Notes: generated from the sequence alone by a model not told the origin. 64,000 bases of DNA from Baekduia sp. (GCA_036009425.1 DASYLT010000203.1:2144-66143), one strand, 5' to 3'. Counted from the stretch's first letter, positions 1 to 8,355 are shown. Numbers and translations are program-made.

Positions 1-695
1 TCGCCGGCCGCCTTCTTCTCGATCATGTCGAGGACGGCCTCGCGGTAGGTGTCCTTGTACTTCTCGGGCTCGAAGTCGCCGGCCAGCGACTCGACCAGCT
101 GCTTGGCGATGTCCAGCTCGCGCGCGGACGTCTGGACCTCGTCGGCGGTCGGGATGTCGTCGATGCGGTCGGGGTCGACGATCTCGTCGGCGAAGAGCAT
201 CGTCGCCATCTCCAGCACGTCGTGGTCGGCCATCGGCCGCAGCGCGACGAGGCTCTCCTTGGAGCGGATGACGACCTTGGCGATCCCCACCTTGTTGGTC
301 TCGCGCATCGCCTCCATCAGGAGCCGGTACGGCTTGGCGCCGCCGGGCCCGGGCGCGAGGTAGTACGGGTGGTCGTAGAAGATCGGGTCGATGTCCTCGA
401 GGTCGACGAAGTCCTCGATGTCGATGGTCTTCGTCTTCTTGGGCTCGACCGCCTCCAGCTCGACGGGGTCGATCACCACGTAGCGGTCCGCGGAGATCTC
501 GTAGCCCTTGACGAGATCCTCGAAGGCGACCTCGTCCCCGGTCGACGCGTCGACGCGCTTCTGGTTGATCCGCGAGCCCGTCTGGCGGTTGAGCTGGTTG
601 AAGCGGACGGTCTTGCGGTTGACCGCGCTGTACAGCTTGACGGGCACGGTGACGAGCCCGAAGCTGATGGCGCCGGTCCAGATCGATCGGGGCAT
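1..695 (-). CDS. ku: Ku protein, non-homologous end joining (3' end outside window)
   Basis: Not in ORF track; manual translation from ATG at 695 gives MPRSIWTGAISFGLVTVPVKLYSA...DPIFYDHPYYL...KPYRLL, typical prokaryotic Ku. Confidence 0.95.
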   Translation of the reverse strand, partial: MPRSIWTGAISFGLVTVPVKLYSAVNRKTVRFNQLNRQTGSRINQKRVDASTGDEVAFEDLVKGYEISADRYVVIDPVELEAVEPKKTKTIDIEDFVDLEDIDPIFYDHPYYLAPGPGGAKPYRLLMEAMRETNKVGIAKVVIRSKESLVALRPMADHDVLEMATMLFADEIVDPDRIDDIPTADEVQTSARELDIAKQLVESLAGDFEPEKYKDTYREAVLDMIEKKAAG

Positions 696-781
696 GGATC
701 CGGGAGTGTGCCCGACGGGAGGTGCTTCGCACACCCCCCGCAGGACATCTTGCGTGACGGGCGCTGCCGCCCGCACCCCGC

Positions 782-1381
782 TCAGGCCCTGGTGCTGTCC
801 TTCGCGAACCGCTCGGAGGGCCGGTTGCCCTCGTGCACGCCCTCGGCGAACTCCTCGAGCATCTTGGCGTTGAAGGCCGGGATGTCGTCGGGCTTGCGGC
901 TCGTCACGAGCCCTTGGTCGACGTGGACCTCCTCGTCGACCCACGTGCCTCCGGCGTTGCGGATGTCGGTCTGCAGCGACGGCCACGACGTCAGCGTGCG
1001 GCCCTTGACGACGCCGGCCTCGACCAGCGTCCACGGCGCGTGGCAGATCGCCGCGACCGGCTTGCCGGCGTCGAAGAACGCCCGCGCGAAGGCGACCGCG
1101 TCGGCGTGCATCCGGAGGTTGTCGGGGTTCGCGACGCCGCCGGGGAGCATCAGCGCGTCGTAGTCGTCGGCGCTGGCGTCGCCGACCGCGCGGTCGACCG
1201 GGAACGCGTCGGCCTTGTCGAGGTGGTTGAACGCCTGGGCCTTGCCGGTCTCGGGAGCGATCAGGTCGACCGTCGCGCCGGCGTCCTGGAGCGCCTTGCG
1301 CGGCTCGGTCAGCTCCACCTGCTCGATGCCCTCGTTGGCCACGAGGATGGCGACCTTCTTTCCGTCCAGCTCGCCTGCCAT
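782..1381 (-). CDS. PfpI/DJ-1 family (type 1 glutamine amidotransferase-like) stress protein
   Basis: GIEQVEL, PGG and AAICHAPW motifs; AAAGGAGG SD before the ATG at 1381. Confidence 0.93.
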   Translation of the reverse strand: MAGELDGKKVAILVANEGIEQVELTEPRKALQDAGATVDLIAPETGKAQAFNHLDKADAFPVDRAVGDASADDYDALMLPGGVANPDNLRMHADAVAFARAFFDAGKPVAAICHAPWTLVEAGVVKGRTLTSWPSLQTDIRNAGGTWVDEEVHVDQGLVTSRKPDDIPAFNAKMLEEFAEGVHEGNRPSERFAKDSTRA

Positions 1382-1396
1382 GTCGGTCCCTCCTTT

Positions 1397-1423
1397 GGTT
1401 GTCGGTGTGGGTCCTGGGGGTAG
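1397..1423 (+). promoter_or_regulatory. Putative SigB/SigF-type promoter
   Basis: GGTT-N17-GGGTAG, 10 nt upstream of the ATG at 1434. Confidence 0.5.
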
Positions 1424-1433
1424 GCCTTGCCGC

Positions 1434-1946
1434 ATGAGCACAACACGAAACGCCAGCCAGGGAATCCTGGCCGACGACAAGGCCAGCGAGCGCGAGCGGA
1501 TCGTCGAGATGCTCAAGAAGGCGTACTGGATGGAGCTGGAGACGGTCATGAGCTACATCGCGAACTCCGTCAATCCGGACGGGGTGCGCGCGCAGGAGAT
1601 CATCGAGTCGCTCAACGGCGACATCCAGGAGGAGCTCGGCCACGCGCAGCAGTTCGCCGCGCGGATCAAGGAGCTCTACGGGGTCGTGCCGGGGTCGATG
1701 GACTTCACGCCGGAGCAGACCTACCTCCAGCCGCCCGAGCACCAGACCGACGTCGTGCACGTCATCAAGGGCGTGATCGAGGCCGAGACCGGCGCGATCG
1801 AGCACTACAACGCGGTCATCGAGGCGACCGAAGGCGTCGACCCGGTCACCAACGACATGGTCATCGCGATCCTCCGCGACGAGGAGGGTCACCGGCGGCT
1901 CTTCGAGGGCTACCTGCGCGAGTACGAGTCGGAGGGGCTGGCGTAG
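1434..1946 (+). CDS. Ferritin-like (bacterioferritin/DpsL-like) di-iron protein
   Basis: Ferroxidase-type motifs E..Y, EELGHA, EAE...Y, DEEGH. Confidence 0.85.
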   Translation: MSTTRNASQGILADDKASERERIVEMLKKAYWMELETVMSYIANSVNPDGVRAQEIIESLNGDIQEELGHAQQFAARIKELYGVVPGSMDFTPEQTYLQPPEHQTDVVHVIKGVIEAETGAIEHYNAVIEATEGVDPVTNDMVIAILRDEEGHRRLFEGYLREYESEGLA

Positions 1947-1953
1947 GCTCGAA

Positions 1954-2760
1954 CTACGGCGTGATCGCCACCGCGGCCTCCGGGGTCGCGATCCGGAAGC
2001 TGAAGGACTCTTCGAGGTACAGCGACACGCCATCGGCGTCGTGGCTGTCGTAGCCGACCGAGAGGTCCTGCCCGCTCTCGAACAGGAAGTCGCCGCCGCG
2101 CATGCTCAGCACCACACCGCCGTCGACGCCCGGCGCCCACACGATGGGGCCGCCGAGGATCTTGCGCAGGTGATCGAAGAGCGGGTACCCGCCGTGCTCG
2201 GCGGTCTCGGTGACGCGGGTGTACTCATCGCGCCCGAGGGCCAGGCCATAGGGCCCGCCCAGGCCGTTGTCCAGCAGGAGCTCGACCGCCCGCGCGACGT
2301 GGCCGGCGTAGCGATCCATCTCGTCCCCGCACGGGATGGGCGTGTGCGGCGAAGCACCGACGATGCCGGCGATCCCCGCGTCGGCCCAGCCGTGGAAGAC
2401 CGCGGTGTTCTCCGCGACGACCATGCGCTGGGCGGCGGCGTCGAGGGCGTCGAAGTCGACGTCCTCGGCGCCGCGGTCGCCGGCGCGCAGCTCCTCGAGC
2501 GAGACGCGGAACGGCGCGCGCAGCTCGACCAGCGGCAGCACGCGGCGGCGGCGCCCCTCGACGTCGCCGAGCGGGCCGACGTCGACGGGCTCGACGCGCC
2601 CCAGGTTGGTCGCCGAGTGCTGCCAACCCAGCGGCCCCGCGAAGTCGACCAGACGGCGGGCGGCGAGCCCGGGCCGGAGGCGGTCCTGCGCCTCCTCGTC
2701 GATGCGCTGCCAGCCCTCGTCGGTGATCGGGGCGTGGACGCGGAGGAGATGGTCGCTCAC
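1954..2760 (-). CDS. Family 1 encapsulin shell protein (Linocin M18 type)
   Basis: HLLRVHAPIT..W..ID, ARRLVDFAGPLGW, GQDLSVGY, LYLEESFSF; GTG start overlaps the cargo-gene stop. Confidence 0.95.
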   Translation of the reverse strand: MSDHLLRVHAPITDEGWQRIDEEAQDRLRPGLAARRLVDFAGPLGWQHSATNLGRVEPVDVGPLGDVEGRRRRVLPLVELRAPFRVSLEELRAGDRGAEDVDFDALDAAAQRMVVAENTAVFHGWADAGIAGIVGASPHTPIPCGDEMDRYAGHVARAVELLLDNGLGGPYGLALGRDEYTRVTETAEHGGYPLFDHLRKILGGPIVWAPGVDGGVVLSMRGGDFLFESGQDLSVGYDSHDADGVSLYLEESFSFRIATPEAAVAITP

Positions 2761-3164
2761 AGGCCCGTCCCCCTCAGGCTGCCGATGCCGAGCGATCCGC
2801 CGACGCCGCCGCCGACCGCCGGCGCTCCCGGGACGGGTGGACCGCCGTCGTCCTCGGCGGACTCTTCGGCCGTGTCGCCGTGGGTGACGATGTCGCCCGG
2901 CTGGAACAGGACGCCCTGAGCGATCTTGTGCCACTCCGGCGTGCGCCGCAGCAGGAACTCGAGGTCCATCGAGAAGTGCTTGTACTCCTCCCCCACGGCG
3001 TTGGCCATGACGGCCAGCGCCTCGGGATCCTTCTCGACCGCCAGCCGTTGGGCGTACCAGCCGATGGCCTCGGCCTCCTCGGTGAGCGAGGCGCACAGGC
3101 GGGCGAACGTGCGCGTCTCCGCCGGAAGCTCGTCGGGTGGCTCGTGGTACTGGTCGAAGCCCAT
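2757..3164 (-). CDS. Encapsulin-associated ferritin-like protein (Flp/EncFtn) with C-terminal targeting peptide
   Basis: EEAEAIGWYAQR and EEYKH ferroxidase motifs; linker then GSLGIGSLRG targeting peptide. Confidence 0.93.
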   Translation of the reverse strand: MGFDQYHEPPDELPAETRTFARLCASLTEEAEAIGWYAQRLAVEKDPEALAVMANAVGEEYKHFSMDLEFLLRRTPEWHKIAQGVLFQPGDIVTHGDTAEESAEDDGGPPVPGAPAVGGGVGGSLGIGSLRGTGL

Positions 3165-3173
3165 GATCGGACC

Positions 3174-3392
3174 CTACTCCGCAGGTGCCGGCGGTTCGAT
3201 CGGCTCTGCCGGCGGGTCGATCGGATCTTCCCGCGGCGTGTCGGGCTCGGGGACGTCGGGGCCCACCGGCTGACCGGGGGGCGCCGGCTCGCTGGGCGGC
3301 ACGGGGTCGGCCGGAATCGACGGAGCCTCGGGCACGACCGGGGTCGGGGCCTCGACCGGCTGGGGGACTTCGAGCAGCGGCGTTGAGCTCAT
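3174..3392 (-). CDS. Small Pro/Glu/Asp-rich protein (72 aa)
   Basis: MSSTPLLEVPQPVEAP...PPAPAE fills the gap between the HAD and Flp genes; promoter-like motif upstream. Confidence 0.55.
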   Translation of the reverse strand: MSSTPLLEVPQPVEAPTPVVPEAPSIPADPVPPSEPAPPGQPVGPDVPEPDTPREDPIDPPAEPIEPPAPAE

Positions 3393-3402
3393 GGTCGGGG
3401 CG

Positions 3403-3428
3403 CTACCCCGATCAGGCGCTAGCCCAAC
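3403..3428 (-). promoter_or_regulatory. Putative SigB/SigF-type promoter of the encapsulin operon
   Basis: GTT-N17-GGGTAG, 10 nt upstream of the ATG at 3392; same geometry as 1397-1423. Confidence 0.5.
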
Positions 3429-4084
3429 GGCGTCTCGCCCAGGCGCAGGCGCAGCTCGTCGATGGAGCCGAACACCGCCGAGGCGCCGGCGTCGCGCAGC
3501 TCCTGGGACGAGAACCCGCCGGTCAGCACCGCGATGCTCTCGATGCCGGCGCGGCCGGCGGCCTCGCAGTCCCACGTCGAGTCGCCGATCATGATCCCCT
3601 GGGCGCCGTCGAGCTTCTCCAGCGCGGCGAGGATGAGGTCGGGGTCGGGCTTGGTCTGCTGCACGTCGGCGGCGGTGGTCCAGCCGCTGGCCAGCGAGCG
3701 GGCGTCGAGCAGGTCGAGGTACCGGTCGACCTCGTCGGCCTTGGCGCTGGAGGCGAGCACGACCTGGCGGCCGCGATCGCGGAGATCCTGCATCAGCTCG
3801 CGCGCGCCGCGCAGCGGCTCGACCTCCTCGATGAACGTGAGGTAGAGCGCCTTCTCGGCCGCCCGGATCTCCTCGCCCTCGCGCTCCTCGACCTCGTCGC
3901 TGAGCAACGAGGCGATGAGCTTGTCGCCCCCCATCCCCATGTGGCGATGGATGCGCCAGAGCGGCACGACGTGGCCGTTCTGCCGGAACGCGCGGAACCA
4001 CGCGACGGCATGGTGGTAGTTGGTGTCGACGAGCGTGCCGTCGATGTCGAGGATGGCGGCGGGAGGCATCTGCTTGGCGGTCAC
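3419..4084 (-). CDS. HAD-superfamily hydrolase
   Basis: DIDGTLVD, KPDPD and IGDSTWD motifs; GTGA overlap with upstream gene (alternative ATG at 4069). Confidence 0.92.
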   Translation of the reverse strand: MTAKQMPPAAILDIDGTLVDTNYHHAVAWFRAFRQNGHVVPLWRIHRHMGMGGDKLIASLLSDEVEEREGEEIRAAEKALYLTFIEEVEPLRGARELMQDLRDRGRQVVLASSAKADEVDRYLDLLDARSLASGWTTAADVQQTKPDPDLILAALEKLDGAQGIMIGDSTWDCEAAGRAGIESIAVLTGGFSSQELRDAGASAVFGSIDELRLRLGETPLG

Positions 4085-4578
4085 CACTCCGTCTTGCCCG
4101 AGGCGAGCCGTCGCAACGCAACGCCGAACCACAGCCAGGCGAAGAGCGTCGTCGAGCATGCGACGGTGATCGCGACCGTCAGGCTGCCGAACAGGATGTC
4201 GGTGAGCAGCAGCAGCGTGCTGTTCATCGCGAGCGCCAGCAGGACCATGCCGATGATCGTCTGCCGCGTGCCGAACCGGATCAGGTAGGGCTTCTGACCG
4301 GCGCGGAAGGTCAGGCGGTGGAAGGCGCTGGGCGTCATCAGGAACGCCGCCGACGCCGCCGTGAGCAGGAGCGTGGCGAAGTAGACGTCGCGCTGGAAGG
4401 CGTCGATCCGCTGGAAGCCCTGCTGGAACGGCACGGTGAGCAGGAAGCCGAACAGGACCTGCACGCCCGGCATGACGACGCGCAGCTCGTTGAGCAGCTC
4501 GATCAGCTCCCGATCGAGTCGCTCCGCCTGGTCCTCGTCCTGGCGGGCCTCGCGCTTGGAGGGGTCGTCGTCGGCCAT
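4081..4578 (-). CDS. DUF6328-like membrane protein
   Basis: ELLNELRVVMPGVQVLFGFLLTVPF motif and about 4 TM helices. Confidence 0.85.
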   Translation of the reverse strand: MADDDPSKREARQDEDQAERLDRELIELLNELRVVMPGVQVLFGFLLTVPFQQGFQRIDAFQRDVYFATLLLTAASAAFLMTPSAFHRLTFRAGQKPYLIRFGTRQTIIGMVLLALAMNSTLLLLTDILFGSLTVAITVACSTTLFAWLWFGVALRRLASGKTEW

Positions 4579-4622
4579 CGCGTCCGACGTTGTAACCGCG
4601 TGAACGCGATGTCAAGCCGCGG

Positions 4623-5384
4623 TCAGGCCGCTTGGGGCAGCGCGATCCGCTCGCGCAGCTGCTGCACCGTGCGCCGGATGAGCCGCGACACGTGCATCTG
4701 CGAGATCCCGATGCGCTCGGCGATCTCGCGTTGGGTCAGCCCCTCGAAGAAGCGCAGGTGCACGATCTGGCGCTCGCGCGGCGCGAGCTGTTCCAGCCCG
4801 GTGGCGAGCATCGCGCGCGCCTCCGCGCATTCGAAGCCGTGGTCGTCGCCGCCGATGGCCTCCAGCGGGCCGGTTCCGTCGCGGTACGGCTGGTCGAGCG
4901 AGAGCGTGCGGTAGGCCTCGGCGGCGGCCAGCGCCTCCTGCACGCGTTCCTCGTCGGAGCCGAGCGCGAGCGCGAGCTCCTTGGCGGTCGGCGACCGGCT
5001 CAGATCGCTGACGAGCTGCTCGCGCACGATGCCGATCCTGCCGCTGAGCTCCTGGACCTCCCGCGGCACGCGCATCATCCAACCGCGGTCGCGGAAGTGA
5101 CGCTTGAGCTCGCCCGCGATCGTCGGGACCGCGTAGGTCGCGAACCGCACGTCGCGGCTGAGGTCGAAGCGGTCGATCGCCTTGATCAACCCGACGCATG
5201 CCACCTGCTCGAGATCGTCCAGCGGCTCGCCCTTGTTCGCGTAGCGCCGCGCCAGGCTGCGGGCCAGCGGCATCATCCGGGCCGCCACCTCGTCTCTCGC
5301 GTCGCGGTCGCCGTCGTCGTGCCACCGGTGCAGCAGCGCCCGCACATCATCGCCGCCCGCCGTCCCTGCCGTCGTCGGGTGCAT
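4623..5384 (-). CDS. SigB/SigF/SigG-family sigma factor
   Basis: DDLEQVACVGLIKAIDRFD, FATYAVPTIAGELKRHFRD, GISQMHVSRL. Confidence 0.95.
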   Translation of the reverse strand: MHPTTAGTAGGDDVRALLHRWHDDGDRDARDEVAARMMPLARSLARRYANKGEPLDDLEQVACVGLIKAIDRFDLSRDVRFATYAVPTIAGELKRHFRDRGWMMRVPREVQELSGRIGIVREQLVSDLSRSPTAKELALALGSDEERVQEALAAAEAYRTLSLDQPYRDGTGPLEAIGGDDHGFECAEARAMLATGLEQLAPRERQIVHLRFFEGLTQREIAERIGISQMHVSRLIRRTVQQLRERIALPQAA

Positions 5385-5515
5385 CTCTCCCCTTCGTCCC
5401 TCAGTCCCCAAGCCACCCCAAAATTGGGGATGGGCCCATCCTCACTTCTGGGGATGGCGTTGCAAGGTGGACAGGACTGGACATCCGCGCCACAGCCCAT
5501 ATTGTGGAGGTTTGC

Positions 5516-6733
5516 ATGGTGGACAAGGGCGGACAGACGATCAGCGCGACGCGGTTCAGCGAGCTGACCGGCGTCTCCCGCGAGCGCCTGCGCACCTGGG
5601 AGCGCCGGTTCGGCTTCCCCGAACCCGTGCGGGTGGCCGGCGGGCCGCGGCGCTACGCGATCGCGGACGCTGCGCGGGTCGTCGCCGTGCGCCGCGCGGC
5701 GGCCGACGGGATGCCACTGCCGGTGGCCATCGCCGAGGCCGACGCCGCCGAGAGCCGCTTCGTGCCGTCGGCGGCGGCCTTCCGCGCCGCGGTCGAGCTG
5801 GCACCCGTGCCGGTCGCGCTCGTCTCCGGCCCCCAACCGCTGCGGCTGGAGTGGGGCAACGCCGCGTTGCGCGCGATCGAGGGGGCGCCGGCGCCGGGTG
5901 CGGGGCTGGGCGCCGTCGAGGACGATCCGCGGGTGGGCGCCGCCGTGCGCCAGCACTTCGTGGCGGAGCGTCCGGCGACCGAGGTCGAGCATCCCGCCTG
6001 GGGCGCGGCGCGCAGCGGCCCGGGCGGCACCGGCGGGCGGCGCGCCCGGTCGGTGGTCTACCGGCTGCCGGTCGCACCTGGTCAGCGGCCCGTGGTGGCG
6101 GTGCTGGGCGCCGAGACGCAAGGCGAGCAGGAGGCGCGTGCGGCGCTGGCGCTGGCCGAGGCCGAGCTGGCGCGCCTGCGCCACAGCGGCGCACGCCACG
6201 ATCGATGGCTCGACGCGCTCGGCGCACTGGCAGCCGACTTCCAGCACGAGCCTGGCTCCGACATCATCGGCTCGGCCCTGGACGTGCTGATCCGCCAGAC
6301 GCAGGCCGTCGACGTCGGCCTGGCCAGCTACATCAGCGGCCGCCTCGTCCTCCACGGCACCCGTCGCGGCGCGCTGGGCGCCTGCGCGCTGACGGTCGCC
6401 GCCCACCCGCAGGTCGGGCGCGCGCTGCGCGACATCGAGGGCGCGTGGCTCGACGCGACCGCCGCCGGCGTGCTCGGCGTGCCGCAGGACCTGCACGCTG
6501 CCGGTCTGCCGATCGCCGTCGCGGGTGAGGTGCTCGGGCTGCTCGTCATGGTCTTCGACGAGGTCGAGCCGCTGGACGCAGACAACCGGCGGCTGCTGGC
6601 GGCGATCTCGGCGGCGGTCGGGTTCGCGCTGCTGCGCGACCGGCTCGTCCGCGAGGTCGCCTCGGTGGCCGGCGTTACGCCGACGGGGCGCTTTGCGCAG
6701 CCAGACGCAGCCGCGACACCGACTGACGGATGA
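5516..6733 (+). CDS. MerR-family HTH regulator with PAS-like and GAF-like domains
   Basis: LTGVSRERLRTWERRFGFPEPVR..GGPRRY HTH; C-terminal LPIAVAGEVLGLL GAF-like motif; GGAGG SD. Confidence 0.85.
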   Translation: MVDKGGQTISATRFSELTGVSRERLRTWERRFGFPEPVRVAGGPRRYAIADAARVVAVRRAAADGMPLPVAIAEADAAESRFVPSAAAFRAAVELAPVPVALVSGPQPLRLEWGNAALRAIEGAPAPGAGLGAVEDDPRVGAAVRQHFVAERPATEVEHPAWGAARSGPGGTGGRRARSVVYRLPVAPGQRPVVAVLGAETQGEQEARAALALAEAELARLRHSGARHDRWLDALGALAADFQHEPGSDIIGSALDVLIRQTQAVDVGLASYISGRLVLHGTRRGALGACALTVAAHPQVGRALRDIEGAWLDATAAGVLGVPQDLHAAGLPIAVAGEVLGLLVMVFDEVEPLDADNRRLLAAISAAVGFALLRDRLVREVASVAGVTPTGRFAQPDAAATPTDG

Positions 6734-7526
6734 GCCGCGACACCTGCATCTGCGAGACGCCGATGATCTCGCCGATCTCGGCCTGCGTCAGGTCCTGCTC
6801 GAATCGCAGGCGCAGCACCTGGCGCTCGCGGGGCGTGATCGTCCGCATGAGCTGGTCGATCGTCGCCCGCTCCTCCGCCCGGTCATAACCGTCCTCGTCG
6901 TCGCCGATCGTGTCGCCGAGCGTCTCCCCCGTCGGGTCGGCCTCGGTGCCGCGCGGCGTGTCGAGCGACGTCGCGTGGTAGGCGCCGGCGGCCTGGAGGG
7001 CCTCGAGCGCCTGCTCAGCCGAGATGCCGACGTGCCGGGCGAGCTCGTCGACCGACGGCGAGCGGTGCAGCTGGCGCGTGAGGTCGGTCACCGCGCGCTC
7101 GACGCGCAGCGCCATCTCCTGCAGGTCGCGCGGCACGCGCACCGACCACGTGCGATCACGGAAGTGGCGCTTGATCTCGCCGAGGATCGTGGGGACCGCG
7201 TAGCTGGAGAACGCGACCTCACGGGATGCGTCGAAGCGGTCGATGGCCTTGACGAGGCCGAGCGAGGCGACCTGGACGAGGTCGTCCATCGACTCGTCCG
7301 GGCGCTGGTAGCGGCGCGCGAGCTGCCGAGCCAGCGGGAGGTAGCGCTCGACCAGCATCTCCCGCAACGCGGGGTCGCGGGACTGCGCGAGACGGAGGAA
7401 GAGGAGTCGTTCCTCTTGTGAGCGGGCGGCGTCGTGCAACGAGACCTCAGTGAGAGTCAAAGCACGCGCCGGGGTGATGGGGCGCAGGACGAGAGCTTCC
7501 GAGCGGGGATCCGGCCCGGGGCTCAC
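6675..7526 (-). CDS. Second SigB/SigF/SigG-family sigma factor
   Basis: DDLVQVASLGLVKAIDRFD, YAVPTILGEIKRHFRD, GVSQMQVSRL; TATAAT 5 nt before the GTG at 7526. Confidence 0.93.
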   Translation of the reverse strand: MSPGPDPRSEALVLRPITPARALTLTEVSLHDAARSQEERLLFLRLAQSRDPALREMLVERYLPLARQLARRYQRPDESMDDLVQVASLGLVKAIDRFDASREVAFSSYAVPTILGEIKRHFRDRTWSVRVPRDLQEMALRVERAVTDLTRQLHRSPSVDELARHVGISAEQALEALQAAGAYHATSLDTPRGTEADPTGETLGDTIGDDEDGYDRAEERATIDQLMRTITPRERQVLRLRFEQDLTQAEIGEIIGVSQMQVSRLIRQSVSRLRLAAQSAPSA

Positions 7527-7530
7527 GACC

Positions 7531-7537
7531 TATTATA
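7531..7537. promoter_or_regulatory. Bidirectional overlapping -10 element (TATTAT on +, TATAAT on -)
   Basis: TATTATA lies 5 nt from GTG 7526 (-) and 6 nt from GTG 7543 (+). Confidence 0.65.
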
Positions 7538-7542
7538 GGCCA

Positions 7543-8151
7543 GTGAGCACGCCAGCGGACGGCCTCCGGATCCTTGCCGCCGACGAGGACCAGGAGGCCC
7601 TGGAACGCACCTCGTCGATGCTCGGCGGGCTCGGCCACGACGTGACGGCCACGGCCGTCGACCTCGCGCAGGTCACCGAGGCGATCGCCCGCGAGGATCC
7701 CGAGCTGTCGGTGGTCGTGGTGCACCACGACGACGAGCACGCGCTGGACCTGATCGAGGAGATCTCGGCCTTCGCCGCCGGCCCGGTCATCGCGCTGCTC
7801 AGCGAGGACCATCCCGACTTCGTGCGCCGTGCTGCAGAGCGCGGGCTCTACGCGGCGGTGCGGCCCGACGACGCCAAGGCGGTCCAGGACGCGATCGAGG
7901 TCGCGCTGCAGCGCCACGCCGAGACCTCGCAGCTCAGCGAGCAGGTGGTCCGGCTCGAGTCCGCGCTGGAACGCCGTGCGCTGATCGAGCGCGCCAAGGG
8001 CATCCTGATGGAGCGCCACGGCATCGGCGACCGCAGCGCGTTCGACCGCATGCGCACCCACGCGCGCTCCAACAACCGCACGGTCGTCGACGTCGCGGCA
8101 TCGGTCACCGACGGCCACGCGCTGCTCATCGACGACACCCGACACGAATAA
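7543..8151 (+). CDS. ANTAR-domain regulator with receiver-like N-terminus
   Basis: RALIERAKGILMERHGI...AFDRMRTHAR ANTAR motif; ILAADED receiver start. Confidence 0.9.
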   Translation: MSTPADGLRILAADEDQEALERTSSMLGGLGHDVTATAVDLAQVTEAIAREDPELSVVVVHHDDEHALDLIEEISAFAAGPVIALLSEDHPDFVRRAAERGLYAAVRPDDAKAVQDAIEVALQRHAETSQLSEQVVRLESALERRALIERAKGILMERHGIGDRSAFDRMRTHARSNNRTVVDVAASVTDGHALLIDDTRHE

Positions 8152-8180
8152 CGCAGCCACGGGGCGGGAATCCCTGAGGC

Positions 8181-8348
8181 ATGATCGGAATCCTCATCGC
8201 CATCCTGCTGGCGGCCCTTGTGTACTGGCTCTGCGTGGCGCTCGGCCTGCCCGTCATCGTCGGCATCGTCGCGGCGATCCTCGTGCTCATCAGCGGTATC
8301 GGGACGGGCGGCTACGGCCTCCGCCTCGGTGGCCGCAATCGCGTCTGA
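8181..8348 (+). CDS. Small membrane protein (55 aa, 2 TM)
   Basis: Manual translation MIGILIAILLAALVYWLCVALGLPVIVGIVAAILVLISGIGTGGYGLRLGGRNRV; high GC3; GAGG upstream. Confidence 0.7.
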   Translation: MIGILIAILLAALVYWLCVALGLPVIVGIVAAILVLISGIGTGGYGLRLGGRNRV

Positions 8349-8355
8349 GCATGGT

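Noticed and set aside
4590..4616. Sigma-A promoter TTGACA...TACAAC on minus strand
   Set aside because: 15-bp spacer and imperfect -10; not supportable without TSS data
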